A stretch of DNA of 64,000 nucleotides from the NCBI GenBank assembly GCA_011109175.1, contig RDEW01000030.1, positions 428,094 to 492,093 of the forward strand, in the 5' to 3' direction. Below are positions 25,451-36,899 of this stretch, piece after piece. Each line of letters begins with the position of its first letter. Positions within the stretch are counted from its first letter, which is position 1. The translations under genes were made by a program, and so were the position numbers. Origin of the DNA: Dicyema japonicum (taxonomy: Eukaryota > Animalia > Dicyemida). The notes beneath the pieces were generated by a model that was given only the letters and a program-made list of their open reading frames with translations, ran no database searches and was not told the DNA's origin.

Positions 25451-25939
25451 ATAAATGACTTCATCGACACATCCTGTTTGTTTTGGTAGGATGTTCTAAC
25501 TATACCTTTGGACACCCCATTGAGCACATATTTGTTTTCTTTCAGTTTTGGTGGATACGGTCATTAATTCTTATTTGAGAGTTAACATATCTTTGCCACC
25601 ATCAGAAACTGTGGATATATGGAAAAAGTTATCCCTTAATGATCCAGATGACCGCAAGCTATGGAAATATTCAAGAACTTATCTCTTAATGATCCATGTT
25701 GTCAGATGAACATGCGACTTCAAATATTGTTTTCTGCTAAGAACCGGGGTTGGTCAATCCCTAGGTTCGTACCTAGTCACTTTCTTAAGCGGCTGGACAT
25801 ATCTTGCATATGCCCTGAAACCGCATATACGCATCAATTATTTATATGCGATAGGCGTACCTCGCTCTATACAAAGATAGATTTTTTACTCCGGTTAGGA
25901 CATTTTGATGGATTCAGCAGATATCAACCATTACTATAG

Positions 25940-26200
25940 AAAAAAGTATCCAGTTTCCACTATCACAGATACAGAATCCTGACGTCACACAAGTCCATCC
26001 TAAAGCAGCATGAAAGGTAGAAGTTGTCCATTCCCTGCATTTGTTTAAACCCCTCCAGTGGAGTGGGGATAGCAAATGATCCCTTTTCATGCCACCCTGT
26101 CACTTGGGGTCACCTAAAACAAGTGGATCACATGACGCCACTTTAGTTGAAAAGGGGAGAGGAAGAACAGATGAAACAAATAAAAATCTTGAATAAACTA
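25940..26200 (-). mobile_element. dispersed LINE-family 3' remnant
   Basis: LKWRHVIHL motif; DNA similarity to 1215-1410. Confidence 0.55.
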
Positions 26201-26559
26201 GCCACATGGCACCACAATAACGCTGGCTTTTCATTAATTGAAACATTACGGAATTAATCCAAATATTTAACGGAATATTATAAATTGAATTTAATTTATT
26301 TATGTTTCGTTAAGAAATACGATCTTGTTGAAAGTGTGTCGCAAGGTAATACTTACCAGAGATTTCTGCGATGACTTCTACCCACCCTTTTAGTCGCATT
26401 TTAGAAAAGGCAATCATATAATTAGTGTAAGTTGGATGAAACCGTTCGATAATCTTTTATTAGACCTCTCATGAATATGAACAACATTTAGATTTCGAAA
26501 TCAGTTGACGAAATCATTATACTGCTTTTTTTTATCAACCCAAAAAAACCAATAGTTAA

Positions 26560-26950
26560 TCTCTTGAAGTTAATTAGGTGATCCCGAAAATCCTGATGAG
26601 CTTTCTCAGCTTTTCCCGATGTTGGACTTTTGACTCAACACAGTCACGGTACGGGCGGGGGACAGTGCTCATAAGAAGACCAACTGGGGTGATGTGCTTC
26701 TGGAAACTGCTTGACACAGGACGGTCTGTCGACTGCAGGTCTGTTGGAGGGTAAAGAAACTTGCCGTTTTGATTGATAAGGTGGTCAAAGGGACTAGGTA
26801 GAATATTGTTTAGCTTTGCGATGTGCATTATAATAGTCGCAGCTCGACATAGGGTGTTATCAACTTTAAGACGGTTGGTCCACGAGAGATTAATTCCCCA
26901 TGCTGCACAACATAACTGATAGTCGGCTCGATAAATTGCTTAGAGAATAG
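26560..26950 (-). mobile_element. L2-like LINE 3' remnant
   Basis: FIEPTISY.CAAWGINLSWTNRLKVDNTLCRAATII... RT-thumb pattern. Confidence 0.5.
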
Positions 26951-27122
26951 AGAGCACACCAAATATGGTTTTGATTAAACCTTATAGCTGCAATTAAAAA
27001 AACAAAATTAGATTTAACAAAAATGTCAAAAATTAATTTTTAAATAGATTTAGTTTTAGTAATTTAAAAATAAAAAATTTAATTGCCTTATTGTGGTTTG
27101 TGGATTTCTAAATTTGTAGATC

Positions 27123-27654
27123 ATGAGCGGATATTCCATTTCTAGAATGACTCCAAAGACTAAGAATCAAGACCTCAGCAATGCCTATGCTCCACCCGTT
27201 AACTTTCTTGAAGTTGAAGTCGTCAACCCCATAACACACACCAACAATAACACAGCTTACACAGACTATGAAGTTAGACTTAAGGTTTTTTTCCAAATTT
27301 AAACTATAGACGAATCTCCCTATTTTTGAGTGTACAGAGTCGGTTGTCCGCCGTCGGTATTCTGACTTTGAATGGCTGAGACAGCAGATTGCTAGAAATG
27401 TCAAAGTAAGGCTGATCTTTATTTCAGATTGTCCTTCCATTGTTCCCCAGCAAGCACATAATGCAGACTGTTTTCGGTACAGGCGGTGGTAAGTTTGACC
27501 CCGACTTTATCGAGGAAAGAAGAGTAGGACTGGAGAATTTCCTCTCAAAGTATCCGACATCTTAACTTGCAGGGTTGTAGGTCATCCTCTCGCGAACCAG
27601 TTGACTGCCGTCCACATGTTTCTTAAAGATCCCGTCTTAGATAGAAGTAGTTAA
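27123..27654 (+). CDS. SNX3: sorting nexin 3/12 (PX-only)
   Basis: Exons 27123-27284, 27310-27405, 27428-27549, 27573-27654 (introns 25, 22, 23 nt) give DLSNAYAPPVNFLEVEV...YEVRLK|TNLPIF...VRRRYSDFEWLR...FIEERRVGLENFLSK|VVGHPLA...HMFLKD. Confidence 0.95.
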
Positions 27655-27700
27655 CTTATGTGGACTTTATTTACAAATTATAAAATTCCCAATATTAACA

Positions 27701-28483
27701 TTAAAAATCTTGCAAATATGGTTTAAATAATCCATCAGAGTAGTTTTTCTGAGAAGTCTCTTCAGTAGTTGTGTCCTCCATTCTTTTGTGGGTCATAAAA
27801 TTATTAATAGCGGAAAAGTCAGTTCCTGGTGGATTGAAGTAGTTGAAGATGTTTGTTAGGAACATGTTCATTGCCAGTTGGTTTGGGGGAGTTGGGTATC
27901 CCACGGGGATGAATAGAGGGGTCACCTTTTCTCGTTTTCTTTTCATTCGTCTGTTCTGAAACCACACCTTATGTAAGAAACGTGCTGTACCTTCACTGTG
28001 TTTTCTTCTAGACCGAGTTTTCTGGCGATTTCAAGGCGTCGTGACTTTGAAATGTAGTTTTCCCGGTTAAATTCTGCCTCAAGTTGGCTGATTTGATTCT
28101 TGTCAAAGGCAGTTCTGATTCTTTTAGCTTAATAATAGTAATAAAATGATAACCACACGTGACTTCGAAATCATTGTCTTTTCCACCATGAGAAGAGTCC
28201 CTTGGAGTAGTGGATTGTGGGGACAAACAGGACTGGGTTGGAGAAGAATTAGTAGATTGATCCAAATTTTCCGTGATCTGTTGGCTAATTTTTTCAACAG
28301 GCGACGACACATTATTGCAGAAAATGCGTAATTAGTGAATTTATCAGAGTAATTTACGTATTTTGATGAGTTACTTTGATCACATTGAGAATTCAACGTT
28401 AAGACATTAAATCAAGTACAATTGCCAACTAATAGTATTGATGTTTTATTGCCGTGTGTGCTATCAGATTTCATCTCAATCAT
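27701..28483 (-). CDS. ANTP-class homeobox gene, Evx-like (Mox-like alternative); 5' exons uncertain
   Basis: Homeodomain from 28125: KRIRTAFDKNQISQLEAEFNRENYISKSRRLEIARKLGLEENTVK|VWFQNRRMKRKREK, with a 23-nt intron at 27968-27990 and a 26-nt intron just upstream; S/T/P-rich N-terminal frame. Confidence 0.85.
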
Positions 28484-28619
28484 GCCGGCCTATTAAAAAT
28501 TAATTTCATTTATAATTAGTTTTCCCTTCTTTGATTAAAGGCAATAATCTTAAGACTTTAAATAATTTTAATAATCTCAATTATACACTCCTTGCCAATA
28601 ATTTATGTTTTTTACTATT

Positions 28620-28780
28620 AAAAAATAAACTTGATCTAGTCCGTCGGATCGGCTCAATGATCCAAAGGGTCACCAAGAATGAGACTAGATGGCTTCGAGA
28701 GCGTATCTCGATAGCTGTCGTCAGAGGAAACAGCATGGCCATTCAAGCTCCCTAACTTTTAATTTCTAGAACCTAATAAA
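28620..28780 (+). mobile_element. CRE-like 3' end
   Basis: DLVRRIGSMIQRVTKNETRWLRERISIAVVRGNSMAI. Confidence 0.7.
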
Positions 28781-28789
28781 TAAAAATTA

Positions 28790-28970
28790 AGTTAGCAATC
28801 ACTGACTTCCGCATAGTTGAGAACGCACTTGCCCCGACAATTTTCAAGGAAATGTGCTCAATGAACCAGCTCTTCGCGATCCGATTCTGTTTAGTCAGGT
28901 CAGTGACCTGCTTCCTATGATTCCTGACATTTCCACGGCGACTGGTTCAAAAATGAACTGTCCATCGAGA
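28790..28970 (-). mobile_element. CRE-like 3' end, convergent with the previous one
   Basis: KYECLDGQFIFEPVAVEMSGIIG...LNRIGS. Confidence 0.6.
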
Positions 28971-29559
28971 CATTCGTATTTCTGATGTTTTTTGTTTAAA
29001 ATAAATTTTATAATTATTATTCAATCAAGGTCACTGGTTTAATTTAATTCTTTTAACTTTTGAATCATCACATAAACAGTTTTCATAGTTAGATTAAACG
29101 GATGACTTATAAATTCAATTAGTAGAAAATAGACATTTTAGAGGGCTATGGTCGAAATCAATACATAACTAATATGACTTTAATAATTTAATCAGTCCAT
29201 CAACCTCTTTGTTTTAATATCAATTAATATAATCAATTTAATTATGTATTTATGGTATTATAGGATCTGATAATCCGTGGACTTGGCCCGCCTTATAGTT
29301 CTCCTGTGCCATATCAGATGCACCTGACGGATCCCCTAAGGTGTTAACCAACTAACTGACGGATCCCGCTTTTGGGGGTTACGTTCCTGGTGGATTCCTT
29401 TACTTGAAAGGACCGCGCCTAAATAAATAATATATGGACTCATTTTATTCCTTATGTGATGACATGGGATTGCATCGTTACTAAGTTACTTGATGCAGTT
29501 GGGGGTAAATAAAAATATCCACTAATATACATAAGCAACTGTGGCCAAGAAAACCCTTT

Positions 29560-29830
29560 AGGTTCTACCGTATGAAAAAGGTCTCACGTGGATCTTTGGT
29601 GACCCTTTGTAACATTAAGAGATCCAAAAAACTAAATTGACAGCTTGTGAGTCGGATTCCTGACGTTTCAACAGCAAATGGGACAAACAAGTGATCCGCC
29701 GAAATGCGTCGGTACTTCATTCTCTTCTGATCCTCGGCTTACTTAGAAGCATGACCTGGGTCTGAGACTGAAGCTGCCAAAATTTTCTGAGAGTATGATC
29801 AACACACGTAGCGTCCCAAATCAGGTTCCG
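29560..29830 (-). mobile_element. CRE-like RLE remnant
   Basis: WDATCVD...GHASK*AE...KY...FVPFAVETSG; close DNA similarity to 17800-17960. Confidence 0.7.
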
Positions 29831-30252
29831 CATATATTTTGACTTTTGAGTACAAAATATGTTATATAAGATTGATTATTTCAGTGAACTCAAAAACTTA
29901 AACTAAAAAGGCTCCTTGAAAGTTTTTTTAAGTTCAAGGAGTGTTTTAACTGAATCAATTAGACTTTTACAAATTGACCCAATAATTTGCTTGCGTTTAC
30001 GGCCAATTATTGGAAAACTAATCAAAATGTATTGATTGATATGTTTAATTTAGCAAACGTCACATAAAAAATGTGATTTTCTAACAAGAGATTAATTTAA
30101 AATAAATAATAAACACCAAGTGATTTAATTTAATTCCACGAGCACTTGAAACTCTTTATTTTTATATTTTCGGTTTTAATGATTTTTTACAACAAAAAAT
30201 ATTCGATATATTAAAACTCTAAAAATAGTTTAATAAATTTAAAAAAAATTGA

Positions 30253-30927
30253 ATGGATAATGAACGTAGGTTTGGTCATGTTTTTATATGTCCTTAGCCA
30301 AAATTTACCCGTCGATTTTGGGTTTTTCAATTCCCCTTTTGACGGAGAATCTATGGAGGTACCAAATATCTTACCGCCTAAGATTCGTCGTCATCATCAC
30401 AACGCCCTCGAGAGGAAACGGCGTGGAAACATTAAAGAGAGTTTTCAGGATCTCCGTGAAAGTATCCCTCAATCGGGAGACCGAGTATTTATTCATGTAA
30501 TTTGTTAAGATGGCACGTGCTAAAATCCTAAACAAATCTTGTCAGTTTATAAACTACTTAGCCGACTCAACTCGAAGAATGGACCACACAATCGACGCCT
30601 ACAAACAAAAGATAAGCTATATGACAGCTCAGGGTATCCCCTACCCAATCATTAATAGCTGAGAAACTTAAATCGAATAAATCACCTGAGATTGTCACTG
30701 AGTTGAAGAAGTTATGTTTGGAAGGAATGCAGGAAAATATCTCGGATTATTCAGACTTTGAAAACTCCCCAAAAATAAAGAAGGAGTATGAAGAGCTTCC
30801 AGTATCTCCGAGCATGACAACTTCCTCTGTAAACGATGACGATTTGACCGCATGTTTAATCCATTCCGTGAATGATATGATCGACGAGTATGTTTTTATA
30901 GACAGGAAACCGAATATTAATAGATAG
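30253..30927 (+). CDS. MAX: Max-family bHLH-Zip transcription factor
   Basis: Spliced RRHHHNALERKRRGNIKESFQDLRESIP...|MARAKILNK...FINYL...IDAYKQK; introns of about 28, 25 (30485-30509) and 25 nt; the HNALERKRR basic region is typical of Max. Confidence 0.88.
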
Positions 30928-31149
30928 CCTGATAATTTTTGGATTTGCTTTACTATGTCAGTGTAGATTACTTAGCAATTAAGCCATCTTCCATGTTCTG
31001 AGATTATTTTTTACTCCACGTCGGCATTTATTTTACATTTTTGTAGAACCAGTCCCTGGAAACCGCAATTTTACTGATTTTTGTTTAATCTGTAAGTCTA
31101 CCACATTTTTTAATTTTAAACATTATAAAATATTACGTTTATTCTTATT

Positions 31150-31420
31150 AAAGAAAGTTGACGTCATTTATCGTCACTAGAATGGTCGTGTGTGTTGGCC
31201 ATTCTCTTTGGTTTCGATATCAACACCACTACCTGGGTGAAAATTTTTTCCCGCTCTCAACCCTCTTCATATCCTTAGAGGAGTTATGGGATCCACCCAT
31301 CATAGGAGACGCAGTGTCTGGCCAGCATCCAAAAGGAATCAATCTCTACTAGAGGGGTTCCCATAATGGTAGATACTTTCAAAGGATACGTCCTAATATA
31401 CTAGAATCATATTAACTCAT
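31150..31420 (+). mobile_element. dispersed LINE-family remnant
   Basis: gggatccacccatcataggagacgcagtg and gggttcccataatggtaga (KGSHNGR) motifs. Confidence 0.5.
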
Positions 31421-31959
31421 CTCATACGTACAGCTTCTGAAAGATAATCCTTCAAATTCCTTCAATTTTGTACTGGATAAGCTCGAACCCGGATCCTACG
31501 TACGCCCGACGCTTCTTTTCTCTGAACTTTATGATTCCAGTGTTTTCTGAATTCATCAATTTTTTCTCACGTGAAAAGGAAGGCAAGGACTTTCATTTAT
31601 CATGAAGCTAGAGACATTGTGCCACCATTTCAACCCTCCGACCATTGAGCACTCGTAACTAGACACCAGTTTTCGACTTGCACGTGGACTCCACGTTTGT
31701 ATTTATCAATAATGTGATTCTAAAGATTCCTGTTTATTCCTTTCTAGGTTTTTTTTCTGTGTGTGCTTGCGGTAAGAAATATTTATTATTCACAACATCA
31801 TTATTGACAAGTTTTTAATAGATTAGCCATAATTTTTTATTGAAACATTTTTAGAGTAGTAACACTTATTAGTTATGGACACTTGATATTGGAGTTTAAG
31901 AGTCGCCGTAAAGTTCAAGTGGATGTTGAAAATATTATACACTTTTTTAAATAACCTCG

Positions 31960-32130
31960 AATGTACCTGAATGAGCTTTTAGCCAGTTTTCACTGTCTGA
32001 GTATGGCACATCCTTTCCAAGCATCACGTCTATTGATATTCACCATTTTGGGAACCCCTTCCTAGAACAGGTAGAAACGGGTACTTTCAGGTGCCCAGGA
32101 GGTACTGGGCGTCTCCTGAGTTAGGTGAAT
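31960..32130 (-). mobile_element. dispersed LINE-family remnant
   Basis: IHLTQETPS...KGSQNG...LERM. Confidence 0.5.
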
Positions 32131-32699
32131 TTATACACTAAATAACCAAAATTAATTGAAGTTAACAGTAAAAAATAAATTAAAAATTGTTGACAAATAA
32201 AATTATATAAAAATTAGGATACTACGAATAAGCATTCGATAAGAAATTTAAATATTTTAAAATTGAAATACAGTTGTTTTTTTGTTTAATAAATTTTTCA
32301 TTTAATGAAAAATACTTTTTAAAATACGGAAATAGTGGATAATCAATTCTCGGAATGCTGCGTAATAATTTATTAGAAATTAAAAAAGAGAAAATCGTTA
32401 ATAACTGATTTTCTGATTAAATTAATAAAGAATCTTGATTTTTTTAATTTTATTAAATTGATTTTAATAATTTAACAAATTTATTCATTATTTATTTTAA
32501 TGAACGCATTAAAAATGAAGAAAAGTTGCGTTCATTAAACATAAAAATAACTGTATATAGAATTTTATTTAATTTGTCGGTGATTTTTGGTTTTTAATTA
32601 TGATGATCATTAAAAGACATTGGTTTGAATTACAATTTAAAATTGCGGGAAAAATATTCCAAAATCTATACATCAAAAGTGTGAATGTTTACTTAATTT

Positions 32700-33760
32700 T
32701 TTAGTTTGATCCAAAATAATAGTCAAATGGTCAAGTCGTCTTGTAGTCTCTTACCCAGAGCCAACTTCATCGCTGATCTTCTATACTTTTCTAATAATGA
32801 TAGTATCTTGTCTTTTTTCATATAAAAGTGCCACCCCTCACGGCCGTATAACAATTTAAGAGAATAATCTTTATAAGTATGGAAAAGAACGTCTCAGTTA
32901 CGCCCAGTTTACGCGTACAGAGAAGTTTTTTCTCCTCAGTTTAACATCCTTCAGAAATGAGCCTTCATAATCAATCGTAACACCCAGGTAGCGGAGCGAA
33001 CGCACTCTTGGTACTCCAAGCGCGTAAGGCTGTCCATGGTGACTTCTGATGCTGTTGATTCTTAAGGAGTTCGACTTTTCCGTTGGGTGCTTTATTCCTC
33101 TCCGGTCACACCAGTCTCGGACGTAATTAATAAATTTCTTGAGCCTCCTCTCTGATAAGGTTGACTTGCCAGACATGTCCATTATAAGATATCATCCACA
33201 TATATTATTAGTTTTGAATTCGGATCTGAAGGGATTGGGAAGTCGGACATGAATATGTTAAATAGTAATGAGCCTAGCATAGAGCCCTGCGGGACGGCTC
33301 AAGTGAGTGAAATATCTTTGGATAATTATGTATCCTCCGATACTCACATGAGAAATCCGTCCGGTAAGAAATTCCTTATCCATACAAATAGGTATCTTGG
33401 AATATCCGCAGACACGAGCCTTGATAAGAGGATTTCGTGCCACACACTATCGAAGACCTTGGATATATCCAAGCACACTACGTTTAATTGTCTCTTGTAT
33501 TTTGTTCCTCTTGATATGCAGTCGGTGCAGGATTTTCCTGGTAATTGTTATGAGAAGAGACCATTCTCTTCTATATGCAGACACAGCCTCTTGAAGACCC
33601 CCATCTGAATTGTCCAATTTGTGGCCGGTTAATCTTTTGTAAATCTTCCAGAAGGAAGGATCTCTCTTCAATGGATATTTGGTTAATCTAAGTCGTTATT
33701 TAAACGTCATATGGTCCATCCGATCAACTCAACGTATTAACTTGGTTCTCAGCTGATTTA
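32700..33760 (-). mobile_element. CR1/Jockey-group RT remnant
   Basis: FWKIYKRL; PQGSMLGSLLFNIFMSD...IYVDDIL; LRYLGVTID. Confidence 0.75.
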
Positions 33761-33914
33761 TTTATTTAATCAATTCCAAGGTTATAGGCGAAATATTAAT
33801 TCTTTTCTTACGGTTTCCATTGGAGAAGTTTTCCATATTACATTCGCCATTGTGGAAACCAAACAAACACATAATGTAGATTCGTTACTGCTGAGTAAGA
33901 AAGAAGGAGATCTT

Positions 33915-34250
33915 TATTTATTAACCCCAGGCTTACAATTTTTGGTAAGCCCAAGTAATTCAGTCCTAACTGTTTATCCAAGGAAGGAATCCAAGGAGAA
34001 CGTCTGCTTGTGACGACCAGATCCGTCCTCCAATAGTCCATTACAGGATTCAATTTCAGAAGAGAGGTGGATAAATAGGTTCACTCTCTTCCATTTTCAA
34101 CACATATTCTACCGTCGCAGACATCACTTCATTCTTAGGCGGATAATTTTCATAATGGTAATCTTCATCAGTAAAGTTAGTCAAGGAGAAGGTAGGAGGA
34201 TCCCTTTCAACGGCTGTGTCGTGCGAGAAAGGACTTGTCCTTTCCTTTGT
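33915..34250 (-). mobile_element. dispersed LINE-family 3' remnant
   Basis: IHLSSEIES motif; tail ctggggttaataaataaa. Confidence 0.5.
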
Positions 34251-34339
34251 TGAAAATCAAATTGTCGGATTCGACCTGAACATCTTATTGGACCGAAAGT
34301 TAAAGAAAACTTTCGTTGTCTTGAATTACTGTCTTGGAT

Positions 34340-34660
34340 TAGCGTAACTGTTCTTCTAAAATAAAGTACGAGTTCTGTCTATGCTGAGGTTCAAGTAAAC
34401 ATTACTGCTCCTCGGTGAAGCACTTAAAAATACGAATATATTGATTACACAATATGATTTATGGCCAATATATTGAACCATGAACTTATAAGATCCATTC
34501 ATTTTCTGGACAAATTCCTTGATGGTCGAAGCTAGCAAAAAAGAGCTTCTAAAATAATGGACTTCTGGAAAGTTCTAGTCTCCAACGCCTCTGGAATCCT
34601 TGATGCGTAAGAATTGAAGAATCTTTGGAATTTTTTTCATTAACTGTTTCATTAAAGTTA
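34340..34660 (+). mobile_element. dispersed LINE-family RT-thumb remnant
   Basis: VEASKKRASKI; DNA homologous to 20350-20465. Confidence 0.5.
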
Positions 34661-35619
34661 TAAATAATCAAAAAATCATTATTGTTGATGTCAATTTTAA
34701 AAAAATCAATAAAGGTCAAGTAGCAATTAACTTGATGAAACCGCACTTTTGTAAAGAGTCATACTAGCTATAGTTCCGCTCAGACAGGACACACGCTAAG
34801 TTAATAACAGTTGTCATAACTAATCGTAAAAGGAGAACCAAGGAATGCTCTTCACTTCTTTTTTTTGTTGTGTGAAAGTCCTTTCCCAGTAAAATAACTG
34901 TTCACTGATGACGGCGTCACTTGTTGCCAAAGCATCGTAGATGCGTGGAAGCTACAGAAGTGAGATTCGAACTAGGGGCCATCAGGCCTCTCACCAAGTA
35001 CTCGTTACCTTGGCCAGATTTTTTTAGTTTCCTAATTTCTGTAAGTAACTGACTTTGAGGTTCCGTAACTCCTTTGATTAAGCAGTTGGATGTGTTTTCC
35101 GCTTTAAGGAAGAGCTTTTTCTGTTGGGTAGGTAGCTTCTCGATATCCTGGTCACACTAGCACATGTTTGATGGGAAACTTTAGACAACGCTTCTTGAAT
35201 TATTCTCGAGAATATTCATAGTTTCTTTCCACAACGATTCTGGGAATATATTTTCAGGAAGACTTACATTTTAATCAATGCGGTCGCACACCATTTTTTG
35301 TGGATGCCATGTTACCTTTTAACGGAAAACATTTTATATGGAATTACTCTCTTCATCTGTCCATTGAATCCACTTTTCATGTTAAAACAAGTGACAACTA
35401 TCTAGGATCGGAGTAAGTTTGATGTCCTTTATACAATCTTGAGTTGATAAGTAGTACCTTCTGACATCATCTCAAACCAAAGAATTTATCTGATTGTACA
35501 TATAAACCCCCATGCTGATATATTAGCCCCATTTCATGTAATTGTGCTGGGTGCTTTAATTTCCCGTGAAGATTTCAGCCATGTATTTACAAGGAACCCC
35601 GGATATACCGGAAAGAGGT

Positions 35620-35800
35620 TAAAAGTTAATTAAACTTCAATTAAGGTATATCCAGCTCCAATGGTGAATGTGAGACGCATCCTTTCCAAGTATCATGCCT
35701 GTCCACATCTTCCATTATGTGAACCCCTTTGAGGAGTAGGTAAGAGGTAGATTATTTTTTCAGGCATTGGATATTTCTTGGGATAAGCGGATCAACTAAA
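35620..35800 (-). mobile_element. dispersed LINE-family 3' remnant
   Basis: IRLSQEIS...KGSHNGRCG...YLERMRLTF. Confidence 0.5.
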
Positions 35801-36116
35801 GCCTCTTAGGATTTTAAAAAACGCACAGTATGGAATCTTTCAGCCATGTAGGATAAGGTGTGGGAACCAAACCCACAGCTAATCAACTCGAGCGACAGTA
35901 CTAGGCATTATGCCATCTGGGAGGTCACCACCTCAACTAGAAAACAACACAAAATAAAATTTAAAAAAATTAATCATAAAATTAAAAAAATTAGTAATTT
36001 AAACTAATTTTTCTCGAAGTGACCGAAAAATGTCTATCCAGATTGAAGTACTCCCCCATTCTCTGCGACACAATCATTTTATCTAAATAAACAGAAAAAT
36101 ACTTTCCACGCTTAAT

Positions 36117-36899
36117 TTAACACGTTTTTGTTGAATAGGCCCGACCATATAGTAAATCAATGTGTAGTTGCACAATCATGGTAAACAGAAAAAACAAAGT
36201 AATCCTTGTGACCCAACTGGGAAGAGACTTAGCCACAAAACAATTGTAATGACGACTCCACGTTGACATAAACGCTTGTACCTACTACATCAGTAAAACT
36301 AGTGACGTTATAATGGATATCCATACAATCACTAAATCTCATTTTTACCAATTCATTGTAATAATTCTTACAGGCGGAACATTTACTGCTGTTAATCGGG
36401 GACAAATCACCAGAAATATATTTCTGCAACCTCAAGATAGAACAATACTGCAGTTGAGGTTCCGTTCAAACAATTGGAGAGTTTTGTGGAAATATCAACG
36501 AACCTTTGGTACTCCGAAGACTGCATTCCCTTCTTGTTATAACAGGCTGAGTATATTTGATGGTCTTACCTTCACAGAACCCGTTTTTCCAGATACTGAA
36601 GATAGTGCTGCTGTCGGTATCAATGAAGTTGATATATATCCCCTTGTAGTATATGTTATCCATGCAGTTCTCCACTTCCTTAAATAAATATAATTATTTA
36701 CGATTCTGCTTTGAAGATATTTTATATGGTTGTAGTAATCCCAACATTGAATACACACATTGAAAGGGCTAGAATTATAGCCCGAACAGTTGATCAAATA
36801 CCCGTACTGTGTACTGTACTCCTTCACAATTTTAGAACAGGATATTTTCCATTTACCAGTTTCCCCACAAACGAGTGAATATAGAATTATTTCCAACAT
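36117..36899 (-). CDS. OSTM1: OSTM1 homolog (lysosomal ClC-7 beta subunit; type I membrane glycoprotein)
   Basis: Short hydrophobic N-terminus; Cys pattern CSKIVKEY...LINC...PFNVCIQCWDYY | C...SSTIFSIWKNGFC | CSACKNYYNEL...CMDIHYN | STWSRHYNCF followed by TM segment ITLFFLFTMIV; micro-introns. Confidence 0.75.

Noticed and set aside
27123-28483. PX-only sorting nexin next to an Evx-like gene, recalling SNX10/SNX11 near vertebrate HOXA/HOXB
   Set aside because: The protein has SNX3/12-specific TNLPIF and RRRYSDFEWLR, not SNX10/11 motifs, so this is not evidence of conserved synteny.
32130-32700. ~570-bp extremely AT-rich tract
   Set aside because: No periodicity, repeat unit or ORF; similar tracts precede other genes, so it is treated as ordinary intergenic DNA.
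34900-34960. CTGATGA followed by a possible stem, hammerhead-ribozyme-like
   Set aside because: No GAAA after stem II and no stems I/III with a cleavage triplet.
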